Shown here: positions 1 to 8,444 of the stretch, piece after piece
Layout: each line of letters starts with the position of its first letter
How positions within the stretch are numbered: the stretch's first letter is position 1
Origin: Candidatus Woykebacteria bacterium RBG_13_40_15
Lineage (GTDB): Bacteria > Patescibacteriota > Microgenomatia > Woykebacterales > RBG-16-39-9b
NCBI GenBank assembly: GCA_001816655.1
Contig: MHCP01000028.1
Span: 30,309-94,308 of the forward strand
Reading direction: 5' to 3'
Length of the DNA: 64,000 nucleotides
Made by a program: the position numbers and the translations under genes
The notes under the pieces: generated by a model
Database searches by the model: none
What the model was told of the DNA's origin: nothing
The model's input: the letters and a program-made list of their open reading frames with translations, nothing else

Positions 1-236
1 TAAATCGAGTCCCCAATTTTCCTAGTTAAATATTTCTTAACATCTCTACTTCCAACACCAAGAGCGTGAGCGATTTTAACTAGCCTCTGCCCACTACTTA
101 TTTCGCAATGCGCAATAACATCTGCTTCCGAAACAGGCTGTCCAATTTTTACCGCAGGCTTACAGAAACCTGGGTAATTTCTAGGTAAGAGCATTTTATT
201 TTTTGATTCTATTCTTCTAATTACTGGACAGATCAA
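1..236 (-). CDS. Hypothetical protein, 5' part only (runs off the window)
   Basis: Open frame from TTG at 236 (MICPVIRRIESKNKMLLPRNYPGFCKPAVKIGQPV...). It overlaps the upstream stop codon and is preceded by GAGGAGG. Confidence 0.6.
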   Translation of the reverse strand, partial: MICPVIRRIESKNKMLLPRNYPGFCKPAVKIGQPVSEADVIAHCEISSGQRLVKIAHALGVGSRDVKKYLTRKIGDSI

Positions 237-1279
237 AAAGCCTCCTCGTTTTTTGTTTTTTCTAACATTTGGTGCCAAAGAGAAACAGATACCCTGGAAC
301 TTTCTTGACCAAATGAAAGCGCAAGGGGCTTTTCTCTGGAATCAAGCAAAATACCAAGCGAGCCCCCATTTACGGAAAAATTATGCTTTTCCTTTTCGAT
401 CAGAAAACTTAAATTAATTGTCTGCTCGCGCGATGCGGGGACAAGAGCAATCTCGTCTTTGGAAAGTTCAATTTCCTGTAATTGCGAGTACCCCCAATCT
501 AGTTTCAAAGGTAGTGGTCCACCCAAAGAAATAAACGCCCCTACTCTATCTAGCCACGGCCCGGGAGTTACAACCTGCAACTGTTTGTAAGTCGCTAAAA
601 GAGTACCAAAGGAGGGTAAAAAGAAATCTCGGTCAAAAAAAACTTCAGCTACTTCATGTTCTCTTAAAACGTCTAAAACAATTAAGGCTAGCCTAGACAT
701 ACTAGGCGTACCAGAAACTAATCCCCCAGTAGCGATAATTGTAAGTTTCTTCTTTGATTTTTCGGGCAAAATTTTGCCAAGGGCATTTCGCAAAAAGGCC
801 TCTTCTACCTCTAAGTCTTTTGGGCTGTTGGGAAGAATATGTGGTCGATATTTTCTGTTTCCCAACAGATTTTCTAAACTAATCTCATCGACTGGGTAAG
901 TAAGGTATTTACCAACATCCCTTGGCTCAGCCTCGGTTTGAAGTACAATACTTCCAGCATCAAAAAGTACTATATTAGTCTCAGCGCTCTTAAAGAAATC
1001 TACTAGAAATTTGCTTACACCTTCTTCCCTAACAAATTCAGCCTTTAATTTCTTCGCTAATCCTTCCGCTTCAGGCAAGCTGCTCACAAAGATTTTTGGT
1101 AGCTCCTTCTCACTGAAATTAGCCAATAACGTTTCTGTACTAAGGAGAAGGTCTTCCCTTGCGGTAGGTAAACGGAAGGATTTTTCAATATTCAGGAAAT
1201 TTTCGCTATCTATAGCTGTCTGAAAAGCTTTTGTCCAAGTACTTCCAATATCAATTGTAAGAAATCTTTGATCGGGCAT
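233..1279 (-). CDS. Glutamate mutase L (GlmL/MutL)-like ASKHA-fold protein
   Basis: N-terminal phosphate-loop motif LTIDIGSTWTKA and a later IIATGG motif. Confidence 0.55.
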   Translation of the reverse strand: MPDQRFLTIDIGSTWTKAFQTAIDSENFLNIEKSFRLPTAREDLLLSTETLLANFSEKELPKIFVSSLPEAEGLAKKLKAEFVREEGVSKFLVDFFKSAETNIVLFDAGSIVLQTEAEPRDVGKYLTYPVDEISLENLLGNRKYRPHILPNSPKDLEVEEAFLRNALGKILPEKSKKKLTIIATGGLVSGTPSMSRLALIVLDVLREHEVAEVFFDRDFFLPSFGTLLATYKQLQVVTPGPWLDRVGAFISLGGPLPLKLDWGYSQLQEIELSKDEIALVPASREQTINLSFLIEKEKHNFSVNGGSLGILLDSREKPLALSFGQESSRVSVSLWHQMLEKTKNEEAF

Positions 1280-1301
1280 CTTTGTTTCAAGTTATCGAAC
1301 A

Positions 1302-1526
1302 TTAAATTCTAGGTACAAATGGCAATAAAGCTAGATTTCTTGCTCTCTTAATACTAGTTGCCAACTTCTTTTGGTGAGCTGCACACACGCCACTTCTTGC
1401 ACGACTTAGAATTTTACCACGCTCAGTCGTGAATTTTTTTATTGCCTCAACATCTTTATAATCTGGTTCCTTTTTTTCTTTGCAAAAACTGCAAACTTTT
1501 TTTACGTAATATTTTGTTTGTACCAT
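1302..1526 (-). CDS. rpsR: 30S ribosomal protein S18 (Zn-binding type)
   Basis: CSFC...DYKDV...[18 protein letters not shown]...[12 protein letters not shown]; rpsF-ssb-rpsR order. Confidence 0.98.
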   Translation of the reverse strand: MVQTKYYVKKVCSFCKEKKEPDYKDVEAIKKFTTERGKILSRARSGVCAAHQKKLATSIKRARNLALLPFVPRI

Positions 1527-1545
1527 TATTCTATCTTTCCTTTTT

Positions 1546-1700
1546 TAGTCCACTTTAGTGGTCGCCCGCCTGCCGCGCCCGACTTCGCTTCGCGAACTCG
1601 AAGCGGGCGAGCCAAAGACTGGCACTGTCGGGCAGGCAGAACTCGAGAGTACCTAAATTACTTTCGCGAAAGCGAACGAATTTAGTTACGGAGAGTTCTA
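1546..1700 (+). repeat. Dispersed structured repeat family A, copy 1, carrying a 72-bp nested palindromic insert (1566-1637)
   Basis: Matches the reverse complement of 58686-58768 almost exactly once 1566-1637 is removed. Confidence 0.9.
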
Positions 1701-1708
1701 CTTTTGAC

Positions 1709-2269
1709 TTAAAACGGTATGTCATCGATATCTATTTCGTCACTCGCCTCTTCGCTCTTACCTTTTTCTTTTTCAGGCTTGTCTTCTTTTTCTTTCGTCT
1801 CCTTCTTAGTTTTCTTCTCCTCTTTTGTTTCTGCCTCCTCCGCCTCTTCTTTTACTTCTTCGGTCTCTTCTGATTTCTTTTTTTCAACTTCGGGAACTTC
1901 AGCAGCTTCACCAGCCTCCTCTGCCGTCCTTCTCGAATCAAGCAAAACCATGTCCTCTGCAACGATCTCCGTAGAATAACGTTTTTCGCCCTCGGGAGTT
2001 TCCCAGCTTCTTGTTTGAAGACGGCCCTCTATATAAACCTTCCGCCCTTTGGTAAGAAGTTGGGAGCACAGCTCCGCCAACTTATTCCAAGCAACTACTC
2101 TGTGAAACTCTGCCTCTTCTCTCTTCTCGGAACTGTCTGAAGGAGTCCAACTACGATTGGTTGCAACACGAAATGAGCAGACTGCGGTCCCTGATGGTAT
2201 ATATCGCAGTTCCGGATCCCGAGCGATATTACCGATTAACATAACCTTATTTAAACTACGATTAGCCAT
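1709..2269 (-). CDS. ssb: Single-stranded DNA-binding protein
   Basis: NKVMLIGN...DPELRY OB fold; acidic tail ending DDIPF. Confidence 0.98.
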   Translation of the reverse strand: MANRSLNKVMLIGNIARDPELRYIPSGTAVCSFRVATNRSWTPSDSSEKREEAEFHRVVAWNKLAELCSQLLTKGRKVYIEGRLQTRSWETPEGEKRYSTEIVAEDMVLLDSRRTAEEAGEAAEVPEVEKKKSEETEEVKEEAEEAETKEEKKTKKETKEKEDKPEKEKGKSEEASDEIDIDDIPF

Positions 2270-2338
2270 AAGTCCTCCTTAATAATTCTTTCGTTACTGC
2301 AAATTAGAAATTTATCCCTCTTTCTCCCTTAAAGTCTT

Positions 2339-2629
2339 TCAATCCCCTTTCCTCACAACCAAATAACGAAGTAGCTCCTCCATTAATTTTAGTTTTGAGT
2401 TTAAAAAGTTTGGAATTTGACTTTCCGCGTTAAAGTTAACTAGCGTGTAAAACCCTTTTTCTTGATTTTTTATTTTGTAGGCTAGATCACGAGCGCCCCA
2501 AGGTTCCGCACTTACAATTTTCCCTTTTTTGCCTTCAATCAATTTCTTTATTTCGTCTAATGTGGTTTCACGGTTTGATTCGCTCAAATCAACCCTCAAA
2601 ACAACCATTAATTCGTATTCGCTTGTCAT
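2339..2629 (-). CDS. rpsF: 30S ribosomal protein S6
   Basis: YELMVVL...WGARDLAYKIK...G.Y...LLRYLVVR; ATG at 2629. Confidence 0.96.
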   Translation of the reverse strand: MTSEYELMVVLRVDLSESNRETTLDEIKKLIEGKKGKIVSAEPWGARDLAYKIKNQEKGFYTLVNFNAESQIPNFLNSKLKLMEELLRYLVVRKGD

Positions 2630-2699
2630 AACTCGCCCCAGTATAGCACACAGCATTAAATCTAATCAAGGTTGCTGTGTGCTGCGTCACTTCGTTCCT

Positions 2700-2805
2700 A
2701 AGCACACTACGTAACAGAAATTCAAGAATTTTTAGATCGCTGCGCGCTCTGCGACCATTTTATGGACTTGGTACTCCCGCATACTGCAACCACTAAAGTG
2801 GGCTA
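2700..2805 (-). repeat. Dispersed structured repeat family A, copy 2 (longer apical arm)
   Basis: Minus strand reads TAGCCCACTTTAGTGGTTGCAGTATGC GGGAGTACC...GTTACGTA GTGTGCT. Confidence 0.8.
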
Positions 2806-2869
2806 AACACAGGATCCAAGATCGCTTCAAGTAATTCCTCAACCACGTATAACTTCTATCTTAAAGCGA

Positions 2870-2898
2870 AAGAGGCCTCGGAAATTCCAAGGCCTCTT
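2870..2898. terminator. Hairpin, likely intrinsic terminator for the 2936-3295 gene
   Basis: AAGAGGCC-TCGGAAATTCCAA-GGCCTCTT inverted repeat. Confidence 0.6.
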
Positions 2899-2935
2899 GA
2901 TTCATCGCTACTCCTCCCCACACACCCCATCTGCT

Positions 2936-3295
2936 CTAAGAAGGAGCGTGCCTAGCTCTATGGAAACCGCAGTTAAGGCAGGTGATACCGAGATCGTCTC
3001 CCCCCTTAACCAGGGATTCCTTTTTATTGCACTTGGGACATCTCACACTGATCAGCACTACTGGGCCTTGATGCCCTTTCGGCGGCATTTCGGAAAGGAC
3101 TTGTACCACTGTTGCCTTCTGGTTGAGCCTTCTCTCCAACCTCGCCGGATCTTTTTCACCCCCGTTCACAATTATCAGAATATCACCGCATATCCGGATT
3201 CTAGCCCTTCCTGGGAGTTTGATGAGTCTCGCCGCCGCTCTCGCTTCAGGCGTCAGCAGCAACAAACCACTTAACATCCTTGTATGGGATTCCAT
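2936..3295 (-). CDS. Hypothetical protein with C-terminal Zn-ribbon (CPKC...CLNC)
   Basis: GAGGAG SD before the ATG; two CxxC pairs; lies directly downstream of the T-box terminator. Confidence 0.7.
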   Translation of the reverse strand: MESHTRMLSGLLLLTPEARAAARLIKLPGRARIRICGDILIIVNGGEKDPARLERRLNQKATVVQVLSEMPPKGHQGPVVLISVRCPKCNKKESLVKGGDDLGITCLNCGFHRARHAPS

Positions 3296-3327
3296 GGCGC
3301 TCTCCTCATCCTGTAAACTTGGGCAAC

Positions 3328-3662
3328 AAAAAACTCACCCGTAAGGGCGAGTCTTGTGTCGCTTATACCACCTTACTTTCCCGATCTGTTACCAAATCGG
3401 GACTATCTAGAACCTCTCGCCTCAAGACCGCTCAAGATTTATCCTGAGCTCACCGAAGGACAAGGTCCATCACGCTGTAACGGGCGCTCCCGGGAAAATC
3501 TATTTACCCACCGAAGCTTTGGCGAAGGCGGGCTTTCAATTCCCCTGCTCCGCAGTGAATGGTTGGGCTAGTCACCTGCCGGGCTTCCACCTTACCCCAG
3601 CTCTCTGTCAGGTTTTCAACACCAACCCCTTCTGCATCATGCGCATTTATCTATTTAATTCG
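3328..3662 (-). promoter_or_regulatory. T-box riboswitch with intrinsic terminator
   Basis: Stem I with kink-turn (UGAUGCAG/CUGCGGAGC), AGAGA and GGUGGAA boxes, GCCCGUUA, stem III CCCGAU/AUCGGG, antiterminator GUAAGG-UGGUAUAA-GCGA...UCGC-CCUUAC and overlapping terminator ACUCGCCC/GGGUGAGU followed by a U-run. Confidence 0.85.
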
Positions 3663-3668
3663 TTTGTT

Positions 3669-3697
3669 AGTATAAGGAATTTATAACGGCGTGTCAA
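3669..3697 (-). promoter_or_regulatory. Sigma70 promoter for the T-box leader
   Basis: TTGACA-17 bp-TATACT. Confidence 0.8.
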
Positions 3698-3757
3698 ATG
3701 GGTGGGCAAGCGGCCTCTGCACATCGGTCGAGAGGCCGCTCAGTCTTGTCCAGTTCG

Positions 3758-4153
3758 TTACGCCACTTTGTCCCGCCAAAACCACAAGCCGTTGAACGTA
3801 TCGAGATACGCCTCGAAGATCTCGACGAGCATCCCTAGAGCCTCCTCAGACAGAAGATAGGCCTCGAGAGTCTCTGCCGCTAATAGCTGGAAGGAAACAA
3901 GACCATCGGAACCGCTGATCCTTGAAATAGTCAGCAGATCCTCCGACTGCAACCTCCTTAGATTTGCGAGCAGAAAACAGGCGATTGACACCGCCCTTGT
4001 CCTCTCATCACACCTCCCATCAACTGCACTGAGAACGAGCTTTTCGGCGATTTCCTCCGAAAGTCCGTTTGGCGCAATACGCTCAACTAACTCCTGTAGC
4101 TCTGGCAGCTGAAGCGACACCGCCTGAACGATTACGGGGAAGATTCTCTCCAC
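3758..4153 (-). CDS. Hypothetical protein (GC-rich orphan)
   Basis: GTG start after AAAGGA; downstream hairpin GCGGCCTC...GAGGCCGC at 3710-3739. Confidence 0.55.
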   Translation of the reverse strand: MERIFPVIVQAVSLQLPELQELVERIAPNGLSEEIAEKLVLSAVDGRCDERTRAVSIACFLLANLRRLQSEDLLTISRISGSDGLVSFQLLAAETLEAYLLSEEALGMLVEIFEAYLDTFNGLWFWRDKVA

Positions 4154-4289
4154 TATCCATCCTTTCCGCCACCGCCTCTTCCCCACCGCAGCGCGTCGTA
4201 CAATGTTAACAAAAAATCGAACATTTTTCAACCCATAGCTTTGGCCCTAGTACATTGATGTTATACGAGAGAAACGATAGAATATCGAT

Positions 4290-4319
4290 ATGCTGAAGGT
4301 TGGAATTGTTGGGGCGTAA
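4290..4319 (+). pseudogene. 9-codon remnant MLKVGIVGA resembling the ychF N-terminus
   Basis: Matches ych[10 protein letters not shown] at 7 of 9 residues; preceded by TTGATG-17-TAGAAT at leaderless spacing. Confidence 0.45.
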
Positions 4320-4491
4320 CCGGAAAAAGTGAGGCTACCAGAATACCCTTTAAGTTCAAATTAAGAATCCCAAAAACCTAGAAAAGAAACCAGAATTATT
4401 GAAAGAGACTCTCTCGGAAGAGTTGTTACTAGTCGGCATCTTTAAAATACTCTTATCTCTCTAAATTTATGAGTAGGCCTACTCTTTTTGT

Positions 4492-5034
4492 TTAACCTAG
4501 TTTTTCTTCTATCTTAGCCAACCTATCCTCTATTCGTCTTAGGACCTCCATTGTCTCAACGTGTGGAGGCGGTCCGTGGTGAGGCGGAGGTGGAGGCGGC
4601 CCGTGATGTCCAGGAGGTGGGGGCGGCGGTCCTGGTTCGTACAGTGGGTTTACTGGTACATCTGCCATTTTTGTCACCTCCTCTCGAAGAGCTTCAACTT
4701 TATTTAATAAATCTTCTTCGGTTTCGTTTTCTGTATCGGCGGTTATTTCTCTACCATCAGGAAACCCATAAATTAGTAACTCCTTGTTTTCGTTATTCTT
4801 AACTCTTAGCGGCAACCTAGTTAGCCAAGGGTACCTGTATCTTATTCGCTCTACTAGTTTATTAATGGCTGCAAGAATTAACTCATCACGGGAGAAATAC
4901 AACACGCCACCGACTTGATAAGAGTTTATTTTTCCATCCTCAGCAAGTCGATAAATTCCCTGCCTATAAAAGTACTTCTTGCCAAGGACTTCTTCTAACT
5001 CTTGGGCTGTACATAAATTAGCTACCTTTTCCAT
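4492..5034 (-). CDS. Excisionase-like (MerR/HTH_17) DNA-binding protein with Pro/His-rich C-terminus
   Basis: TAQELEEVLG...IYRLAEDGKINSYQVGGVLYFSRDEL; tail PPPPPPGHHGPPPPPPHHGPPPH. Confidence 0.7.
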   Translation of the reverse strand: MEKVANLCTAQELEEVLGKKYFYRQGIYRLAEDGKINSYQVGGVLYFSRDELILAAINKLVERIRYRYPWLTRLPLRVKNNENKELLIYGFPDGREITADTENETEEDLLNKVEALREEVTKMADVPVNPLYEPGPPPPPPGHHGPPPPPPHHGPPPHVETMEVLRRIEDRLAKIEEKLG

Positions 5035-5040
5035 AGATAT

Positions 5041-5087
5041 TGTTACAAGTCTTACTAGAATTGTAACATAATTAGGGTAAATGTCAA
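5041..5087 (-). promoter_or_regulatory. Promoter with overlapping inverted-repeat operator TGTTACAA-N12-TTGTAACA
   Basis: TTGACA-16-TACAAT; the inverted repeat at 5041-5068 overlaps the -10. Confidence 0.6.
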
Positions 5088-5254
5088 GTTTTGGATTTTA
5101 CACCAAAAATGCTAAAATAGCAGCGTTGCACACTGAGTCCCGTTCCATTAAGTTCTAAATGTGAATGGGCTTTAGTAGCAACGCGTGTAGGTATCTATCA
5201 TCGCCAATACTGTAGGAATGGCAGCTTATGGGCTATAAAGAGCTGCGGGGGCCG

Positions 5255-5485
5255 TCAAGCACTCGTATTTAACTCCAAGCTCTCTTCAATTACTTCCAAC
5301 CGCCCATCATGCTTATCAATCCGCTTCCTCTCTAAGTCCAATGCATCCATGTATGCTTTAATTTCTTTCTCTAAATTTAAGAGCGAAACTGTATGGCTGT
5401 CTAGTTTTTCATTTACTGGCTCAAGTTTTTCTTTGAGCGCCTTATTTATTATTTTGTCGATAGCTTCTAAATCTTTTTCTTCCAT
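5255..5485 (-). CDS. Small coiled-coil hypothetical protein
   Basis: Likely start MEEKDLEAID at 5485; heptad-rich sequence. Confidence 0.6.
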   Translation of the reverse strand: MEEKDLEAIDKIINKALKEKLEPVNEKLDSHTVSLLNLEKEIKAYMDALDLERKRIDKHDGRLEVIEESLELNTSA

Positions 5486-5546
5486 AGACTTACAATCTAA
5501 CAAACAAGTATAATACAAGTCAATCTGCCTTTTTGAAAGGTAAAAA

Positions 5547-6428
5547 ATGTTAAGAGTCGGGATCGTTGGATTGCCAAACTCTGGAAAATCTACACTTTTT
5601 AATGCCCTGCTACAGCGACAGATTGCAGAAGTCGCCGAATACCCTTTTACAACTATCAAACCAAATGTCGGTGTTGTTCAGGTACCAGACCATCGACTAA
5701 GCGAAATTTCAAAAGCAACCGGAATCCAAAAGACTGTACCAGCAGCGATTGAATTTATTGATATTGCCGGTCTTGTCAAAGGAGCGCATGAAGGAGAGGG
5801 TTTGGGAAACCAATTTTTAGGACACATCCGAGACGTTGATGTCGTTTTACACCTAGTGCGAGCCTTTCACAATCCGAATGTTCAACATCACACAGATTTT
5901 CCCGACCCCATTAAAGACAGCGAAATTGTAACCCAAGAGCTAAAACTGGCAGAGATCGAAAAGCCAACGATTTATGCGATCAATGCAGACGAAACCGACC
6001 TTTCCGACACTTCTGTCCCAATTGAGGATGCCATTAAAATTTCAGCTAAACTGGAAGCTGAGCTGTCTCAGCTTTCTCCCGAAGATCAAAAAGCCTATCT
6101 TAAAGAGCTTGGAATCGAAAAAACAGGATTGGAAAAAGTCATTTTAGCTTGCTATGAACCTCTGAACCTTATTACCTTTTTCACCATCGTTGGAAGAAAA
6201 CAAGTCCAAGCCTGGCCGGTCAAAAAAGGAACCACCGCCTTAGAGGCAGCTGGAATCGTTCACACTGATATGCAGAAAGGTTTTATAAAAGCTGAAGGAA
6301 TTGAATGGAACAAATTAGTTGAAGCAAAGAGTTGGAAGGCAGCAGCCGAAAAAGGTTGGATCAGACTTGAAAGCCGTGATTACGAAATAAAAGATGGCGA
6401 TGTGGTAGAGTTCAAATTCAATATTTAA
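5547..6428 (+). CDS. ychF: Redox-regulated ATPase YchF (shortened, 293 aa)
   Basis: [35 protein letters not shown]...GLGNQFL, C-terminal TGS domain (GIVHTD...GFIKAE...DGDVVEF). Confidence 0.93.
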   Translation: MLRVGIVGLPNSGKSTLFNALLQRQIAEVAEYPFTTIKPNVGVVQVPDHRLSEISKATGIQKTVPAAIEFIDIAGLVKGAHEGEGLGNQFLGHIRDVDVVLHLVRAFHNPNVQHHTDFPDPIKDSEIVTQELKLAEIEKPTIYAINADETDLSDTSVPIEDAIKISAKLEAELSQLSPEDQKAYLKELGIEKTGLEKVILACYEPLNLITFFTIVGRKQVQAWPVKKGTTALEAAGIVHTDMQKGFIKAEGIEWNKLVEAKSWKAAAEKGWIRLESRDYEIKDGDVVEFKFNI

Positions 6429-7174
6429 TTAAAGGGGTCTACCCTTCCTAGGGGTTCGCTCGCTGGAAATGTAGTCACCATTATTTGACTTAATAGATCG
6501 TCAATATCTTTTTTCTCAGCCTCAGTTAGACCTACAAATGTACCAGCGCTTGCAACCGCAGGTAAAGAATACAAAGGAAATTCGATACCAACCGTTGCAG
6601 TTATCGCTGACTCACTTTGATTTTTACTAATATTCAAATCTGTCACAGAAGCTACTCTATCCATTTTATTTAAATTTATTAAGAGTCCCAGCAGCGACTG
6701 ATAAGAACCTGAAAAGGAAATTCGCATTTTCGGGGCTGAACTTTGCCCAGTCGTACTTGCACTCTGGGGGGTAGTTTGGCTAACTCCTGACACAGAACTG
6801 TTACCTACCTGTGACGGAGTTTGAATTTGCAGAGCTGAGACTTTCATACCAGAAGCTGCTGCAACAGCTTCAACAAGCGATGTAATCCTCAAATTATCTG
6901 ATTCCGTCGGAAGCAACTTATCCAAAGCTTCGTTATCCTCACTAATTTCCGCTGAATCTAAATTTTTAAGGGTCTGTAAGTTTCTATCTAAGACCTCTAG
7001 GCGGGCCTCATCCTCTTTAATTTTTTCTCTTGCAGAAGACCAGGAATGAAATCTTGGTACCATCACGAAATAAATTAATGAGGCAGAAATTAATAAAGCA
7101 ACGAGTATCCCGGCAATTGTAAAAATCACCGTGTAATTAGAAGTTTTTGCCGCTTTCGATTTATTATCTTTCAT
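6425..7174 (-). CDS. Type IV pilus assembly protein, PilO-like
   Basis: N-terminal TM plus coiled coil, [13 protein letters not shown]...MDR, C-terminal GRVDPF. Confidence 0.75.
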   Translation of the reverse strand: MKDNKSKAAKTSNYTVIFTIAGILVALLISASLIYFVMVPRFHSWSSAREKIKEDEARLEVLDRNLQTLKNLDSAEISEDNEALDKLLPTESDNLRITSLVEAVAAASGMKVSALQIQTPSQVGNSSVSGVSQTTPQSASTTGQSSAPKMRISFSGSYQSLLGLLINLNKMDRVASVTDLNISKNQSESAITATVGIEFPLYSLPAVASAGTFVGLTEAEKKDIDDLLSQIMVTTFPASEPLGRVDPFN

Positions 7175-7178
7175 TTTT

Positions 7179-7718
7179 CTATTTTAACCCCAAAGTTAGG
7201 TTAAAAATGTAGCTGTCTATGCTCTTGGTAAGGGAGCCTATGTTTACGCTCGAAAAAGTTTTATCTCCCTTCAGTGCTCCATAGAATTGATAAAGTATTT
7301 TCGGATCCGTCGATTTCACCTGCACTGTCAATTTGGAATTTTTGAAATCAAGGCTAGTCAATGTAATACCATTGGGTATAGTTTTCCCAAACTCAATAAG
7401 TTTGTCATAAAAATCTTGGTTTTTGCTTTGAGCGGCTTTTATCTGACCAATCTTCCCCTTCAAACTACCTACCTGCTGCGCTACCGATGCGTAAGTCTGC
7501 CAACTGCTCCTTTCAGAACTTAAATTTTCGGAAACCTCTCTCGCTTTGCTTTCCTCAACTAAACTGCCGTAGTAAATTGTTACAGAAATTATCGCTACTA
7601 TAATTACAACGGCAATTGAGACCAAAAGCGATATACTTTTAAACTTCCCTAAATCTAGAGAAGTTTTCGGCTCGGGGATTAAATTTAATTCTTTTTGTTT
7701 TTTTTCAAAAATAGGCAT
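7179..7718 (-). CDS. Type IV pilus assembly protein, PilN-like
   Basis: LNLIP motif, TM, coiled coil, IPNGITLTSL. Confidence 0.75.
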   Translation of the reverse strand: MPIFEKKQKELNLIPEPKTSLDLGKFKSISLLVSIAVVIIVAIISVTIYYGSLVEESKAREVSENLSSERSSWQTYASVAQQVGSLKGKIGQIKAAQSKNQDFYDKLIEFGKTIPNGITLTSLDFKNSKLTVQVKSTDPKILYQFYGALKGDKTFSSVNIGSLTKSIDSYIFNLTLGLK

Positions 7719-7817
7719 AGCAGACTTACTCACCAAGGCTTTAGCGAAGGCGAGCTAACTTTTTACTAACACAATCGTAACAATAATAAGCCTCGTTTGC
7801 AAGTCAAAAAGCTGACC

Positions 7818-8444
7818 CTACGGCACAATTCTTGGTTTACCGCTAGGATTATCAGCAGGAGCTTCTTGCGGACCATCTCCATTTGAATCATCATCCCCGC
7901 TATCGTCTTGATCTTGATCGTCTGGTATCCCGTCGTTATCATGGTCGAAAGGAAACTCGTCAGAATCATCTGGAATACCGTCGTTGTCGCTATCTGGGTC
8001 TCCAGCATCGGAATTACCATCGTTATCATGGTCGTACGGAAGATCATCAAGACCATCTTCAATACCATCGCTGTCATCGTCAGAGTCCTGCCCATCATTT
8101 ACCCCATTGTTGTTATGATCAAAAGCCATAGAGTCAGAAGAATTTAAAATGCCGTCATTATCATGATCTGTGTCCCGTGAATCGGGGGTCCCATCATTGT
8201 CATGATCAGTTGGAAAGGAATCTGCACTGTTTGCTATCCCATCACCATCCTTGTCATCTTTGGTAACAAGCGCATTAGTTTTTTGGTTATTTGCTTTTAG
8301 ATTTTCTTTTTCAGAAGTTGAGGACCCAAAGTTCATTATTATTGCTGTTAGTATTATGAACAATAAGAGTGTTACCCCTAAAATTATTAAAAGCGTTTTC
8401 TTATCCTTTTTGTTTATTAGTTTTTTCAAAAACTCTGTATTCAC
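7818..8444 (-). CDS. Membrane-anchored Ca-binding protein with thrombospondin type-3-like DxDNDG repeats
   Basis: N-terminal TM, then repeated DHDNDG/DSDNDG units; GTG start overlaps the upstream TGA. Confidence 0.75.
   Translation of the reverse strand: MNTEFLKKLINKKDKKTLLIILGVTLLLFIILTAIIMNFGSSTSEKENLKANNQKTNALVTKDDKDGDGIANSADSFPTDHDNDGTPDSRDTDHDNDGILNSSDSMAFDHNNNGVNDGQDSDDDSDGIEDGLDDLPYDHDNDGNSDAGDPDSDNDGIPDDSDEFPFDHDNDGIPDDQDQDDSGDDDSNGDGPQEAPADNPSGKPRIVP

Noticed and set aside
3470-3650. RNase P RNA
   Set aside because: No GAGGAAAGUCC or AGAACCCGGCUUA signatures; the T-box motifs explain the region.
7880-8260. CRISPR-like periodic repeats
   Set aside because: The repeats are degenerate codons of DxDNDG protein repeats, with no constant repeat/spacer structure.
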